A stretch of DNA of 37,911 nucleotides from a virus, in the UHGV virus genome UHGV-0078433; one strand, written 5' to 3'. The translations under genes were made by a program, and so were the position numbers. How positions within the stretch are numbered: position 1 is the stretch's first letter; every line of letters starts with the position of its first letter. Below are positions 19,835 through 30,184 of this stretch, in pieces. The notes below the pieces were generated by a model. The model saw nothing but the letters and a program-made list of their open reading frames with translations, had not been told where the DNA came from and did not search any database.

Positions 19835-20032
19835 CTCACTTAATTGTCATTTCAGGTTGAGGACTCTTTCGCGCCTTCAATCAGTGACTGCTTCAGCAAT
19901 TCGAGTGCGCCAATCGCCTCGCATAAACTGATTTCACCATCGTAATCATGGATGACGCTTTCAAGCCGCTCGTATAGCTCTTGAGTAATTGGGAATTTCT
20001 TCTCCTTACCCAAATTGATTACGCGGCTCACA

Positions 20033-20275
20033 TCATGCTCCGGCAGTGAACAGGTCTAACGCTTCCTTCGATTTACGCACCGCTTCGAATGTGCGGATCG
20101 TGATATCTGAATTAGCGCCGCCTGACTGGAAGTGAATTTTGAATAGCTCAAGCTTCAGCTCGTCAGTGCCAATGAATTGAAATGCTTCTTCTGCGGCTGC
20201 GTTCTGGTTCATGACCAGTTTGTAAATCTCTAACTGGAATTTCTGTTCTTCAGTCATGGGAATAATCTCTGTCAT
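20033..20275 (-). CDS. Hypothetical protein
   Basis: ORF track only. Confidence 0.35.
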   Translation of the reverse strand: MTEIIPMTEEQKFQLEIYKLVMNQNAAAEEAFQFIGTDELKLELFKIHFQSGGANSDITIRTFEAVRKSKEALDLFTAGA

Positions 20276-20531
20276 TGTTGGCTCCGTTTATCCGTTAAAA
20301 GGGATATCAGTTAAGTTATCCCGTGTAGGGTATAAGCCATTGTCGAGACCACTCATTGAATGGTCTCTGCAATAACCGATGTCTTTCCATCAGTCCGCCA
20401 CCACAAAGAATCTTTTTTGCCATAAGGCAGGAGGTTCATCTTTCAGTGGCTGCCAGTGTTATTTCCCCACTTACTGGCTTGGGTTGTTTCGCTGTACTGC
20501 CGTAATGCAAAAACTGGATTAACCTGCGAAA

Positions 20532-21062
20532 TCACACCATTCCGGGCAAATACATTTGCACTTCATTTGCCGCTCTCTCACGTGCAACATGAAGCAATCT
20601 TTTTCGCCCACCAACGCCCCACTTAGCCATTTGGCTTGCGCACTGGCTTATCGCTTTGGTTTCAGTATTGATGATGTGATCGATTCTATTCAGACGGGAC
20701 ATTGCGCCAACGCCGAGACGGACAACCGTTTTGAAAACTTCATAAACTTCGATTTCAAATTCCGGCTTAATCCATGCTGCATATCTGATTGCCAGAAGTT
20801 CAACACCCCACACACCTGGTTCTGCACCACCTTTGATTATTTTAAGTGGTTGAATTTGTTCCAAAGTGCTTTTTTGCACTTTGGCCTCCAGTGCTTTTAT
20901 GAAGCGTTTTATCTGCGCGCTACGCAAAAACTGGCTTGGGCGCTGTTGCTCTGTAGCCTCTCCATTTGCAACTGCTGCTGCATGGAGATCGTTTAAGTTG
21001 TAGCGTCCATCCTCATCAACACGAACGGACACACCATTGACAATAACTGTTGGGTACTTCAT
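20532..21062 (-). CDS. KilA-N domain protein
   Basis: N-terminal VIVNGVSVRVDEDGRYNLNDLH pattern typical of KilA-N. Confidence 0.7.
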   Translation of the reverse strand: MKYPTVIVNGVSVRVDEDGRYNLNDLHAAAVANGEATEQQRPSQFLRSAQIKRFIKALEAKVQKSTLEQIQPLKIIKGGAEPGVWGVELLAIRYAAWIKPEFEIEVYEVFKTVVRLGVGAMSRLNRIDHIINTETKAISQCASQMAKWGVGGRKRLLHVARERAANEVQMYLPGMV

Positions 21063-21204
21063 CAGTGATTACCTTTTAGTGATGAACCTTGTCACACAGG
21101 ATTCCGGCCCACAGAAAGGCACCGATCACCAAACCGGCATCCTCAAGGGTCATCCTGAAAGGTTCTGTGTTCAGAAGTCGCGCGTGTGAAGCGCGTTTGT
21201 TGCA

Positions 21205-21234
21205 GATATAAAAAAGCCCCGCAAATGCGAGGCT
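21205..21234 (-). terminator. Rho-independent terminator downstream of lysis cassette
   Basis: On - strand: GCCUCGC-AUUU-GCGGGGC stem-loop followed by UUUUUUAUAU. Confidence 0.5.
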
Positions 21235-21407
21235 AAATCCTGGTGTTTGTGATGACTGGCTCTTATCTCAACGCAGCCCCTTACCGCGCGCAAGATGCTC
21301 AATATCAAGCATCAGCAATGAGATGTTTAATCTGGATTCACTCCAGAAGTGATCACCACCCTGTCTACAGAGCCAGATGTGAAGGATGATGAGTAAAATT
21401 ATCGCTA

Positions 21408-21875
21408 TCATCGAAGGCATTGCGTCCCGATGTATTCCTGAAGCGTTCTCAGTGCTGTTTGGTCGCGGATAATTCCGTCCCGGATACCGAGAACGTTTCG
21501 TCCAGCAACTGGAGAGAGTTCGACGGTGGCATCATTGCCCATGCCGGAGGCACTGGAGGCTTCGGCTGAGGATGGCACAGGGCATTTTCCTTTGACGAGC
21601 ACCCTGCCACCATTATCAAGCTTGCGCCGAAGAGCATCATTTTCAGCTTTCGCATCAGCTAACTCCTTCGTGTATTTAGCATCAAGTGCATCAGCAGTAC
21701 GCTGGCGCTGCTGCATGTCAGTAATGGTGGCAGTCGCCTGCTTCAGCTCACTGACTTTTTTATCGCGCTGCTCTTTGTAGGTCATGGCGTTATCACGGTA
21801 ATGATTAACAGCCCATGACAGGCAGACGATGATGCAGATAATCAGAGCGGAGATAATCGCGGTGACTCTGCTCAT
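21408..21875 (-). CDS. Rz: i-spanin Rz
   Basis: N-terminal TM segment, coiled-coil; follows endolysin with overlap. Confidence 0.85.
   Translation of the reverse strand: MSRVTAIISALIICIIVCLSWAVNHYRDNAMTYKEQRDKKVSELKQATATITDMQQRQRTADALDAKYTKELADAKAENDALRRKLDNGGRVLVKGKCPVPSSAEASSASGMGNDATVELSPVAGRNVLGIRDGIIRDQTALRTLQEYIGTQCLR
21449..21655 (-). CDS. Rz1: o-spanin Rz1 (lipoprotein, embedded in Rz)
   Basis: Lipobox VAGC, proline-rich; fully embedded in Rz in +1 frame. Confidence 0.8.
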   Translation of the reverse strand: MRKLKMMLFGASLIMVAGCSSKENALCHPQPKPPVPPAWAMMPPSNSLQLLDETFSVSGTELSATKQH

Positions 21876-22348
21876 ACCTCAATCTCTCTGACCGTTCCGC
21901 CAGCCTCTTTGAATTTTGCAATCAGACTATCAGCCTTATGCTCGAACTGACCATAACCAGCGCCCGGCAATGAAGCCCAGATATTGCTGCAACGGTCGAT
22001 AGCCTGACGAATATCACCGCGATCAATCATCGGTAAAGCGCCACGCTCTTTAATCTGTTGCAGTGCCACAGCGTCCTGGCTTTTCGGAGAGAAGTCTTTC
22101 AGGCCAAGCTGCTTACGGTAGGCATCCCACCAACGGGAAAGAAGCTGGTAACGTCCGGCTGCTGTTGATTTGAGTTTGGGGTTTAGCGTGACAAGTTTGC
22201 GAGGGTGATCGGAGTAATCAGTGAATAGCTCTCCGCCAACAATGACGTCATAACCATGATTTCTGGTTTTCTGCCGTCCGTTATCAGTTCCCTCTGACCA
22301 CGCCAGCATATCGAGGAACGCCTTACGTTGATTATTGATTTCCACCAT
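21872..22348 (-). CDS. R: Endolysin, lambda R-type lytic transglycosylase
   Basis: [26 protein letters not shown]... essentially as I recall lambda R. Confidence 0.95.
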   Translation of the reverse strand: MVEINNQRKAFLDMLAWSEGTDNGRQKTRNHGYDVIVGGELFTDYSDHPRKLVTLNPKLKSTAAGRYQLLSRWWDAYRKQLGLKDFSPKSQDAVALQQIKERGALPMIDRGDIRQAIDRCSNIWASLPGAGYGQFEHKADSLIAKFKEAGGTVREIEV

Positions 22349-22655
22349 CTTCTACTCCGGCTTTTTTAGCAGCGAGGCGTTTGATAAGCGAACCAATCGA
22401 GTCAGTACCGATGTAGCCGATGAACACGCTCGTTATATAAGCGAGATTGCTACTTAGTCCGGCGAAGTCGAGAAGGTCACGAATGAACCAGGCGATAATG
22501 GCGCACATCGTTGCGTCGATTACTGTTTTTGTAAACGCACCGCCATTATATCTGCCGCGAAGGTACGCCATTGCAAACGCAAGGATTGCCCCGATGCCTT
22601 GTTCCTTTGCCGCGAGAATGGCGGCTAACAGGTCATGTTTTTCTGGCATCTTCAT
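22332..22655 (-). CDS. S: Holin, lambda S (dual-start motif MKMPEK)
   Basis: Sequence essentially as I recall lambda S. Confidence 0.95.
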   Translation of the reverse strand: MKMPEKHDLLAAILAAKEQGIGAILAFAMAYLRGRYNGGAFTKTVIDATMCAIIAWFIRDLLDFAGLSSNLAYITSVFIGYIGTDSIGSLIKRLAAKKAGVEDGGNQ

Positions 22656-23182
22656 GTCTTACCCCCAATAAGGGGATTTGCTCTATTTAATTAGGAATAA
22701 GGTCGATTACTGATAGAACAAATCCAGGCTACTGTGTTTAGTAATCAGATTTGTTCGTGACCGATATGCACGGGCAAAACGGCAGGAGGTTGTTAGCGCG
22801 ACCTCCTGTCACCCGCTTTCACGAAGATCATGTGTAGAAGGCCGCAGCATAACTATCACTGATGAATTCAGGACATCCAGTGGCTACGGCTCAGTTTGGA
22901 TTGTGGCGACCGGTGCTGATCTCCGGTTTGCTGCAACTGCCTACAGCGGGCTACGTGGCCACACCGAATCCAGCGAAAGATTCTTGCCCTTACACATCAG
23001 CCTGTGCATTCACCACAACGATAAGAGCACTGCGCGGCACCTTTCACCAATTCCGCGAGGTCTGAGGGTTCAATGCTCTTGCCTGTTGTGCAAACAAAAA
23101 AAGCCACCGTTGCAACTTAAGAGTCACTAACGGCAGCTTATGCGAATAGTGTTGCTCATTTGCTCAATGATGTCAACACGTT

Positions 23183-23671
23183 CTACGCTACATGTTTAAT
23201 TTTCTCTACACGTTTCCGGTTTTTAAACGCACTATCCAGAACCGGGTAAATCATAAACAACGAGGCATTGAGGATTTCGTCAACTTCCCGACGACAGGTT
23301 GCGAGCGATGGTTTTTGAATGCGCCCGCCGCCCCGGCATAACATCTTGCGAGGTCTTGCGACGCGATGATAGTAAGATGCAATGGCGTGCTTGGAAGAAC
23401 CGTGGGCGTAGTAGCTGAGGAGGATGCCAAAGGCTTTCTTGTCAATGTACATGACGGAATCGACGACCTGAGAAATCAACATTCCATCATCATCATTGCA
23501 CATCGGCCTTGTCATAACTCTTCCCGGCTCTACGCTCTCCATGAACTTCGCTATTACGCTGCTCATGCGCTTTTCAAGACGACCTGAATAAACCCATGCT
23601 CCCCACAGTTCAAGCCAGCCATTCAGCCAATCGTGCTGCTCTTTGGTGAGGTTTAGTTCTCTTATGCTCAT
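23183..23671 (-). CDS. Late-gene antiterminator Q-like protein
   Basis: 162-aa ORF between NinH and the ~530-bp leader before S; no zinc-finger of lambda Q visible, so a different Q family. Confidence 0.65.
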   Translation of the reverse strand: MSIRELNLTKEQHDWLNGWLELWGAWVYSGRLEKRMSSVIAKFMESVEPGRVMTRPMCNDDDGMLISQVVDSVMYIDKKAFGILLSYYAHGSSKHAIASYYHRVARPRKMLCRGGGRIQKPSLATCRREVDEILNASLFMIYPVLDSAFKNRKRVEKIKHVA

Positions 23672-23856
23672 CGTCTTCCCCTCTTGCCCTGTTTGACCAT
23701 CAGGACGCCGTTAACTATTACATGACGCTCGCCTTTGCTGTCTCGGTTGTACTTGAGCACTGTTCCTCTTGCGCAGGAAAGCATCCTCGCCACTTCGGTC
23801 TGATTGCCTCGTGTCTGGATAAGAAGCTCTGGTATCGTTTGAATTGTGGCGTTCAT
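23668..23856 (-). CDS. ninH: NinH
   Basis: TIPELLIQTRGNQTEVARMLSCARGTVLKY resembles lambda NinH (recall). Confidence 0.8.
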   Translation of the reverse strand: MNATIQTIPELLIQTRGNQTEVARMLSCARGTVLKYNRDSKGERHVIVNGVLMVKQGKRGRR

Positions 23857-24215
23857 ACGTTCTCCAGTTCGGTGATTTTTATTCCAAGCCTTCCGCCTGG
23901 TACTTTCACGCCACGAATTACGCGAATGTCATCGAATTGCTCGTCGTCTTCCGCAAATCCGGCGTGGATAAGGGAGTCGAGTAAACCTTTAAGAATGTTG
24001 TCGAGGTCGCGGCGGCGGGAGTCTGGAACGTCTGCGATGACTTTGATTCGTAGTCGTGATTTGGTGAAAATGTCTAACTTGAGTTGGCGGATGATTTGCT
24101 GAACGTCTTTTCGGTATTTCTGGCCTTTATCGCTGATGTAGTATTGGCTTCCCCGTCTTCGCCAGTAGGTGTTCACCGACGGCGGGTATGGAAGCACAAA
24201 CTGATATTCGTTCAT
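23853..24215 (-). CDS. rusA: Holliday junction resolvase RusA
   Basis: LPYPPSVNTYWRRRG ... DVPDSRRRDLDNILK resembles RusA. Confidence 0.9.
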   Translation of the reverse strand: MNEYQFVLPYPPSVNTYWRRRGSQYYISDKGQKYRKDVQQIIRQLKLDIFTKSRLRIKVIADVPDSRRRDLDNILKGLLDSLIHAGFAEDDEQFDDIRVIRGVKVPGGRLGIKITELENV

Positions 24216-24502
24216 GACTTAATCTTCCCCTCCTTCAGCAGTATCGCCTGCGTCCTGATCACGCCTTCGAGGTGGTAAAGTCTGGCGTCTTTGTTGTCGA
24301 GAATCCGGGTGCGTCGGTCGATCTCCGCGTGGCAGTCACTACAAGCCCATGCGCCGATCAGGTCGTCAGGCTTCATTCCCGTTCCGCAAATTCCAGCCAT
24401 CCGGTAATGTGCCAGAACTGTAGTTTCAGGATTGCCATTGCATACGCCGTAAATACGTACCTGGCATTCTCTGCCGCGCGCTTCTTTGCGTATACTAGCC
24501 AT
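24212..24502 (-). CDS. YbcO-like (DUF1364) putative nuclease
   Basis: RKEARGRECQVRIYGVCNGNPETTVLAH Cys-rich pattern as in DLP12 YbcO (recall). Confidence 0.7.
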   Translation of the reverse strand: MASIRKEARGRECQVRIYGVCNGNPETTVLAHYRMAGICGTGMKPDDLIGAWACSDCHAEIDRRTRILDNKDARLYHLEGVIRTQAILLKEGKIKS

Positions 24503-24721
24503 TTAATACTCCAGTTCAGGGTCATTTTTTAGGTCATGTTTTTTGCAGAATTGCTGCCACTCTCTTTCCAGCCGCTTACCTGTAAATTTCACTCTGCATT
24601 TTGAGTAAGTGCTAATGGCATTAAATGGTGCTGAGCCTTCAGGAAATCGAGAGCGGAATACTTCTGCCACAGGTACTAAAACCAAATACAAATAATCAGA
24701 GCTACTAAAGGAATCACTCAT
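24503..24721 (-). CDS. Hypothetical nin-region protein
   Basis: ORF track; start ATG overlaps NinF stop. Confidence 0.45.
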   Translation of the reverse strand: MSDSFSSSDYLYLVLVPVAEVFRSRFPEGSAPFNAISTYSKCRVKFTGKRLEREWQQFCKKHDLKNDPELEY

Positions 24722-24890
24722 CTTCTTCTTCCTCGTGCATCGAGCTATTCGGATCGCTCATCAGTTCTGCGCAGCAATCGGAGCACACGTGAACTTCCAG
24801 CACATGCAGCTTCTGACCGCAGTTAGCGCACGTTAAAGCTCGCTCGACGCTTTCTTTCTGGTATTGGAGGGATTGGGATGGGCTAAGCAT
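24714..24890 (-). CDS. ninF: NinF (58 aa; below the ORF-track size cutoff)
   Basis: Hand translation gives MLSPSQSLQYQKESVERALTCANCGQKLHVLEVHVCSDCCAELMSDPNSSMHEEEEDE, close to lambda NinF as I recall it. Confidence 0.7.
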   Translation of the reverse strand: MLSPSQSLQYQKESVERALTCANCGQKLHVLEVHVCSDCCAELMSDPNSSMHEEEEDE

Positions 24891-25236
24891 TATTGGCGTC
24901 CTGCATCATGAGAAAGACAATCATGGCGGCGCGGAGGGAATTTTCATGTATAGCTCGCTTAGATTTACAGTCGGCCACACCACGTGCACCCCACTCGTCT
25001 TCATCGAGATTGATAATGCTAATCCTGTACTTCTCAATAATCGGCCATGAGGCGCTAGGATCATTGCAGTAGTCAGGTAAAGGGTTTAATGGCTCAAAAG
25101 TTGTATCAGCATTTCCGTAATACCATTTGTTGGTGTTATTCCCTGATGTTTCCGGTTTACATGCCCAAAGGCCTTTAAAAATTATGTCTCCTACCATTCT
25201 GTTAATTTCAAAATCATTTAACTGTGAATAATCCAT
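24883..25236 (-). CDS. Hypothetical nin-region protein (start at MDYSQ preferred; GAGGAA RBS 6 nt upstream)
   Basis: ORF track 24883-25278; start choice from RBS spacing. Confidence 0.45.
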   Translation of the reverse strand: MDYSQLNDFEINRMVGDIIFKGLWACKPETSGNNTNKWYYGNADTTFEPLNPLPDYCNDPSASWPIIEKYRISIINLDEDEWGARGVADCKSKRAIHENSLRAAMIVFLMMQDANNA

Positions 25237-25411
25237 TGTCATTTCCTCGCACGATGTCTTAGCCACCGGATATCCCACAAGTGAGCCGTGTAGTTGAAGG
25301 TTTTTACGTCAGATTCTTTCGGGATTGGCTTGCGTTTATTTCTGGAGCGTTTCGTTGGAAGGTATTTGCAGTTTTCGCAGATGATGTCGGTGAAACTTCG
25401 TCGCTGTCGCC

Positions 25412-25939
25412 TCATGCCGCCCTCCTGACGCCCTGCCCGATCGCCATCAATGCCGCTTTGGATACGGTAGTAAACATCCGTCGAGGACTGATGAACGGTC
25501 GCCAAATCAGCAGCATGGAGCCTTTGCTGTTTCCCTTCTTCTCCAGCCCTGTCGATGGTTCGATAAAATTAATCCGTCCATCAGTGATAATGCGAACTTC
25601 GTCGACACTCTCCAGAGCCTTGCTGAACCATCCGACTGACATATCCTCTGGCACAAGCATAACTACCGTCTGTCGCTGTTGTATGCACTGCTCAGCGGCT
25701 TTTTCCACCCACGGCCTGATATTGCTGTACGGTGGGTTATTCCAGATTGCACCGTGGCTTACCCACTCAGAATTGAGCGCGTCGTCGGCCTCAGTTAGCC
25801 AGTGAGCACACAGAGCATTTTTGTCGCTCGCTGCCGAATCCAGCCAGAATCCAAACTCAATATCCAGTGCATCAAAAAGCCAAAGCGGCGTTTGCCAGCA
25901 GTCCTTGTCGTGTGCTGGCGTATTTGATTTGATAGTCAT
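25412..25939 (-). CDS. Phage DNA N6-adenine methyltransferase (Dam-like)
   Basis: CWQTPLWLF and NPPY motifs; start MTIKS overlaps ninB stop (ATGA). Confidence 0.8.
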   Translation of the reverse strand: MTIKSNTPAHDKDCWQTPLWLFDALDIEFGFWLDSAASDKNALCAHWLTEADDALNSEWVSHGAIWNNPPYSNIRPWVEKAAEQCIQQRQTVVMLVPEDMSVGWFSKALESVDEVRIITDGRINFIEPSTGLEKKGNSKGSMLLIWRPFISPRRMFTTVSKAALMAIGQGVRRAA

Positions 25940-26379
25940 GCAGCCCGATCTCCCCATCTCGCTTTCCACTCCAGAGCCAGTCTCGCTTCGTCTGACCACT
26001 TAACGCCACGCTCTGTACCGAATGCCTGTATAAGCTCTAATAGCTCCGCAAATTCGCCTACACGCATCCTGCTGGTTGACTGGCCTATTACCACAAAGCC
26101 ATTCCCGGCAAGGTTAGGAACAACATCCTGCTGCTTTAATGCTGCGGTAAACACACACTTCCAGCTTTCTGCATCCAGCCAGCGACCATGCCATTCAACC
26201 TGACGAGAGACGTCACCAAGGCAAGCCCAAAGCTTTCGATTCTGGTCTAAGCTGCGGTTGCGTTCCTGAATGGTTACTACGATTGGTTTTGTTGGGTCTG
26301 GAAGGATTTGCTGGATAGCTTGAATGGCGTTCTGCTGATGGATGGGGCTTCTTAGTTCAAACGTTAGTTTCCTCACCAT
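25936..26379 (-). CDS. ninB: NinB (Orf-family recombination mediator)
   Basis: Near-identical to lambda NinB as recalled. Confidence 0.9.
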   Translation of the reverse strand: MVRKLTFELRSPIHQQNAIQAIQQILPDPTKPIVVTIQERNRSLDQNRKLWACLGDVSRQVEWHGRWLDAESWKCVFTAALKQQDVVPNLAGNGFVVIGQSTSRMRVGEFAELLELIQAFGTERGVKWSDEARLALEWKARWGDRAA

Positions 26380-26523
26380 TTACGCTCCTGTAATCGTCAA
26401 GTGCAGCTGCAATAGTCCCTATCGGGTCATGGTCTTGCCCGATAATCTCATTTACGTTTTCATCTTCTTCCACACCGAAAAAGAATCGCAGGGCTAACAT
26501 AATTTCTTCGTATGCGCTCATAC

Positions 26524-26790
26524 TCACTCCTTCACTTTGACTCCAGCGGCGCGGATGGCCTCTACATCGCTTTCGTATTGTGATTCTGCACCTGAGTCAT
26601 AGCCAATGTGATAATCACCGGGAAGAGGGCCTTTCTTTGGCTTTTGCAACTCAATTTCAATAGCTGCTCGCGATGCCTGCCATGCCTCCCATGCAATCTC
26701 AACCTTGATGTGCATAATCTTCATCACGTCACTTGAAACGTGATATTTGTTTTTAAACCATTCTTCAAACTGCTTTCTTGATTCGTCCAT
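26524..26790 (-). CDS. Hypothetical protein
   Basis: ORF track only. Confidence 0.45.
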   Translation of the reverse strand: MDESRKQFEEWFKNKYHVSSDVMKIMHIKVEIAWEAWQASRAAIEIELQKPKKGPLPGDYHIGYDSGAESQYESDVEAIRAAGVKVKE

Positions 26791-26801
26791 ATCAATCCCC
26801 G

Positions 26802-27002
26802 TTATGACAGGTTAATTTTCACCCAACCCTTCCCACGCACATTTGCAACAAGCCCTTTCTTTCTCAGGTATTGCATACGGCGATCGATGGTTTCGATATA
26901 CATTCCATTGCTCCGCCATTTAAGCCAGATATCAAAAACAGGTGTTGGTCTTTCACTCAGCATTGAAAGAATGTTTTGATCTAATTTTTCGTACTTGCTC
27001 AC
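26802..27002 (-). CDS. Hypothetical protein
   Basis: ORF track only. Confidence 0.4.
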   Translation of the reverse strand: MSKYEKLDQNILSMLSERPTPVFDIWLKWRSNGMYIETIDRRMQYLRKKGLVANVRGKGWVKINLS

Positions 27003-27325
27003 AAATACCCTCTCTCACTTAATCGCGCCCACGCTTCGTTAAACTCTTCTCGGGTTGCGCCGGATTTTCTTTCTTCAAACATCATGCATTCGCTGATGTC
27101 TCCCCATGACTTTGGTCGCTTTTCAGCGAACAGATCATCCCATTCGAATACCCAGCGGCCTGATTTTCGGTAGTGGTAAATGGTCAGCCATGTTGTGCAG
27201 TTCGCTGGATACCCATAGAGAACTTCGACTTTTTGATCACGGTCTTTATGCTTCTTCAGCAGGATAAAGCCAGCAACCAGCGAAGCTCCGGCAAGAATGA
27301 TGATTGGAATTTGCCAGTCAGCCAC
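26999..27325 (-). CDS. Hypothetical membrane-anchored protein
   Basis: N-terminal hydrophobic segment IPIIILAGASLVAGFILL. Confidence 0.45.
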   Translation of the reverse strand: MADWQIPIIILAGASLVAGFILLKKHKDRDQKVEVLYGYPANCTTWLTIYHYRKSGRWVFEWDDLFAEKRPKSWGDISECMMFEERKSGATREEFNEAWARLSERGYL

Positions 27326-27340
27326 ACTTCCCTCTCCCCC

Positions 27341-27372
27341 AAATAAAAAGGCCTGCGATTACCAGCAGGCCT
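27341..27372 (-). terminator. Rho-independent terminator after helicase gene (tR2-like)
   Basis: Perfect 8-bp stem AGGCCTGC/GCAGGCCT, 8-nt loop, followed on - strand by UUUUUAUUU. Confidence 0.6.
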
Positions 27373-27397
27373 GTTACAAGCTCAGTGATGTAGATGG

Positions 27398-28774
27398 TCA
27401 TACGTCCGCCCCTTGTGCATATCGTCTGCCACGCGCAGCAGGTGCATTTGATGCTGTGCAAATCTGTCTGGCTTCATCCTGGTCACATGCAACAAAGTGT
27501 CCGTTGCAGAACCGCTGGTAAACCGTACCAAGCGAGCCAAAACGGTTTTTCGTCACGATGATTTCAGCAAATGGCGCGGCGCTACTGTTCTCGTCATATA
27601 CCGCTTCCCGATAGAGCATGATGATTGAGTCTGCGTCCTGTTCAATGCTTCCTGAATCACGCAAATCTGCGTTTGTCGGGCGTTTGTTTGGTCGCTTCTC
27701 AACATCGCGTGAAAGCTGACTCAGGGAGATAACTGGCGTTTTCAGGTCTTTCGCCATCGCCTTAAGGCTTCCTGAGATGTGAGCAATTGCGAGGTCGTTG
27801 CGGTCTGCTTTCGGCTTCTCAATCAGGCCAAGATAATCCGCCATGATGAGTGACAGGTTTGGATTTTCCTGTTTGTGCCGTTCTGCGATTGAGCGAATTT
27901 CTTCGACCGATAACCGCGAGGCATCGACTACCCATACATCCAAATCTGCAAGCTGACTCATGCCTTTAGCAACACGTGCCCAGCCCTCGTCATCCATCGA
28001 TGCAGGATTTCGCAGTACGCTAACCGACATCCTCCCGGCGTTGGCAATGCTTCGCTCTGCGATCTGCAATGCGCTCATTTCCATCGAGAAAATCAACACT
28101 CCGCGCCGGACGTCAGAACCAGGAATAACGCGGCTTGCAACGCCTTCGGCAATCTTCAGCGCCAGCTCGGTTTTCCCCATACCCGGACGAGCAGCGATAA
28201 TCACCAGGTCTTCCGAGTTCATCCCTCCGGTGATGACATCAAGTTCTTCGATTCCGGTCTTCAGGGTATCTGACTCTTCTCCGTTCCTCAGACGCCTGTC
28301 AAGCGTGTCAGTGTAGTCAGTGATGATTTCCCCTAACCGTACAGGTTTAACCTCGTCACGGGGCTTTCTGATGGCTGAAAGACGCTTTACGAGCTCGTCC
28401 ATCGCCTGACTCGATGTATCGATGGTTCCGCTCTGAATTGGTTCACGCATTTCATCCATGATTTCCAGCACCAGACGACGGTGATAGTTATCCGCGACCA
28501 TTCCGGCATATCCCTTCAGGTTTGCGGCACTCGGGCAGTTCTTGCTGGTCATCAGGATTGACGTGAAATGCTCCTCTCCGCACGCCTCGGCAACCATCAG
28601 CGCGTCGATTAGGTTTCTGTTTCGCGCCTGCTTGCGGATAACCTCGAAGGCTTTCCGGTAGAGCGGAATTGAAAACGCTTCCGGCTCCAGCGTTGCCAGA
28701 ACGTCGCTGGCGGTTGGAGTTAATCCACCAATCAGCAGGCCACCGATAACGCTCGCTTCGATATCCTGTTTCAT
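27398..28774 (-). CDS. Replicative DNA helicase (DnaB family; P22 gene 12-like)
   Basis: Walker A ARPGMGKT, DnaB-like N- and C-domains. Confidence 0.9.
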   Translation of the reverse strand: MKQDIEASVIGGLLIGGLTPTASDVLATLEPEAFSIPLYRKAFEVIRKQARNRNLIDALMVAEACGEEHFTSILMTSKNCPSAANLKGYAGMVADNYHRRLVLEIMDEMREPIQSGTIDTSSQAMDELVKRLSAIRKPRDEVKPVRLGEIITDYTDTLDRRLRNGEESDTLKTGIEELDVITGGMNSEDLVIIAARPGMGKTELALKIAEGVASRVIPGSDVRRGVLIFSMEMSALQIAERSIANAGRMSVSVLRNPASMDDEGWARVAKGMSQLADLDVWVVDASRLSVEEIRSIAERHKQENPNLSLIMADYLGLIEKPKADRNDLAIAHISGSLKAMAKDLKTPVISLSQLSRDVEKRPNKRPTNADLRDSGSIEQDADSIIMLYREAVYDENSSAAPFAEIIVTKNRFGSLGTVYQRFCNGHFVACDQDEARQICTASNAPAARGRRYAQGADV

Positions 28775-29592
28775 GCAATCCCCCTGTCTGCAAACTTCCC
28801 TTCCCGTACTCCCGTTAACGAATCTTCCCTCAGCAGGTAATCAAAATCTGCCGTCCATCCCGTGTCGTTGTCTCCGAAGTAAAACGGCTTGGCCTGATGC
28901 ACAAACGCCCTGACATACGCTCTGAAACCGTCCACGTTTGGCGTTTTCAGTTGCGGGATGATTTTCTTCAGGCGGCGTTTGCGTTTCTCGTTGACCGCAA
29001 CAGCATGTGGAAGTCTGTCACCGACTTCGGTGTTGTAGGCGTTCAGGAAGGATTCGTAGTCGATTCGTTCTGCCTTGCGACGTTCAGGTTTAACCTGCCC
29101 ATCGCCTCCCCCGTTAGGGGGTAAGGGGGTATTTGTATTTATTGTCTTTTGTATATTGTCTTTTGTGTTTAGCTGACTTGGCTTATACCCATTAGCTGAC
29201 TTGGCTAATGTTTTATTAGCTGCTTTAGCTAATGTTAAGCTGTCCTGGCTAATCCACTGAGAAACCACCTTGTTCACTCCGATTTTCACGCCATCAGCAA
29301 TGAGGAATTTACGCTCGATAAGCTGGCGCTTGGCAGCGCAAACATGAGTGTGATGAATACCTGTCATGGCTGCTATCTGCGTGTTTGTGAGTCGATCCAT
29401 CGGCTTATTGAATCCGTATGTCTTGCGCATGATAGCGAGCATCACCTTCAACTGCCGGACGGTTAAATCAGCCATCAGCAGACTGTCGGTAATCTCGTTA
29501 GCAACGCGCATGAAACCATCTTCGGTATCTGCCACGCGATGCTCCACGACCTCAAGTTGAGGCCTGTAATCAGCTAACTTAACGACGCCCAT
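28771..29592 (-). CDS. Replication initiator O-like (P22 gene 18-like)
   Basis: HTH N-domain, origin iterons inside the gene, directly upstream of helicase. Confidence 0.8.
   Translation of the reverse strand: MGVVKLADYRPQLEVVEHRVADTEDGFMRVANEITDSLLMADLTVRQLKVMLAIMRKTYGFNKPMDRLTNTQIAAMTGIHHTHVCAAKRQLIERKFLIADGVKIGVNKVVSQWISQDSLTLAKAANKTLAKSANGYKPSQLNTKDNIQKTINTNTPLPPNGGGDGQVKPERRKAERIDYESFLNAYNTEVGDRLPHAVAVNEKRKRRLKKIIPQLKTPNVDGFRAYVRAFVHQAKPFYFGDNDTGWTADFDYLLREDSLTGVREGKFADRGIA
29131..29260 (-). repeat. Replication origin: four iteron-like repeats plus adjacent AT-rich region, inside the O-like gene
   Basis: TAGCTGACTTGGCT x2, TAGCTGCTTTAGCT, AAGCTGTCCTGGCT (29169-29256) next to T-rich 29131-29170. 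Confidence 0.6.
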
Positions 29593-29740
29593 GTTTCACT
29601 CCTGCTTTGGCTAGTCTGTAAACACCAACAAGGCGCTCTGCGAACGCCCTGTTATTTGCTGCGGCTACCACTAATCCCTCAGGTGAATCAGGGTGTCGAA
29701 TCTCTTCTTTTTCCTGGTATTTCTTACGACGTTTTGTCAT
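29579..29740 (-). CDS. Possible 53-aa basic ORF between c1 and O-like gene
   Basis: Hand-translated MTKRRKKYQEKEEIRHPDSPEG...; stop overlaps O start; below track cutoff. Confidence 0.3.
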   Translation of the reverse strand: MTKRRKKYQEKEEIRHPDSPEGLVVAAANNRAFAERLVGVYRLAKAGVKHGRR

Positions 29741-29772
29741 AATGACTCCTGTGGATTGATCCAGTAATTCCC

Positions 29773-30069
29773 TCAGAATTGCATATCAATTTGCTTAGAG
29801 TCCCCGGCGGCCACCGGGGATTTTTTCTTTGTGATTTCATCAAGCGCATACTTAAAAGCCCTGCTAATCGGACTGATGTCTGATGCCATTCCGAAAGCAC
29901 ACAAGACCGAAGCAATAAATCTCCAGTCCGTTCTGCTTATCTTCGATTCATGACAGCCAATCATCTTTGCCAGACCGCGCTGGGTAAGCGTTGACAGGTT
30001 GATGAGTAAATCAGTTTCAGCGCGATCAATTTCTCGCTGTGTTGGCTTGCTGTAGCTTGCTTGTGCCAT
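29773..30069 (-). CDS. c1: cII-type transcriptional activator (P22 c1-like)
   Basis: Position right of cro; HTH LAKMIGCHESKISR. Confidence 0.75.
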   Translation of the reverse strand: MAQASYSKPTQREIDRAETDLLINLSTLTQRGLAKMIGCHESKISRTDWRFIASVLCAFGMASDISPISRAFKYALDEITKKKSPVAAGDSKQIDMQF

Positions 30070-30137
30070 TTGTTAATTTTCCTATATTGATATTGAGTTA
30101 TAGCGGCACACCCAATGGATTTGCCGCTGATGTTTGC

Positions 30138-30178
30138 TCACCCGGTTAGAGGTGAAAGACCAGAACTGTTAAAGAGCA
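30138..30178 (-). promoter_or_regulatory. nutR candidate: boxA TGCTCTTTAACA plus boxB-like hairpin with CUAACC in loop
   Basis: Immediately downstream of cro stop on - strand. Confidence 0.5.
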
Positions 30179-30184
30179 ATTTGC

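Noticed and set aside
19852-20030. Possible GTG-start 59-codon ORF between the 80-aa ORF and terminase small subunit
   Set aside because: No RBS or recognisable motif; could equally be a frame artefact of the neighbouring ORF
22862-23130. Two + strand ORFs (67 and 75 aa) and a tRNA-like stretch (GGCTCAGTTTGG ... CCGAATCC) in the Q-S intergenic region
   Set aside because: Antisense to the late leader and without RBS; the tRNA-like stretch lacks a cloverleaf and a GTTCGAATCC T-loop
29724-29915. 63-aa ORF overlapping c1 in another frame
   Set aside because: c1 has clear cII-like features; the overlap is spurious
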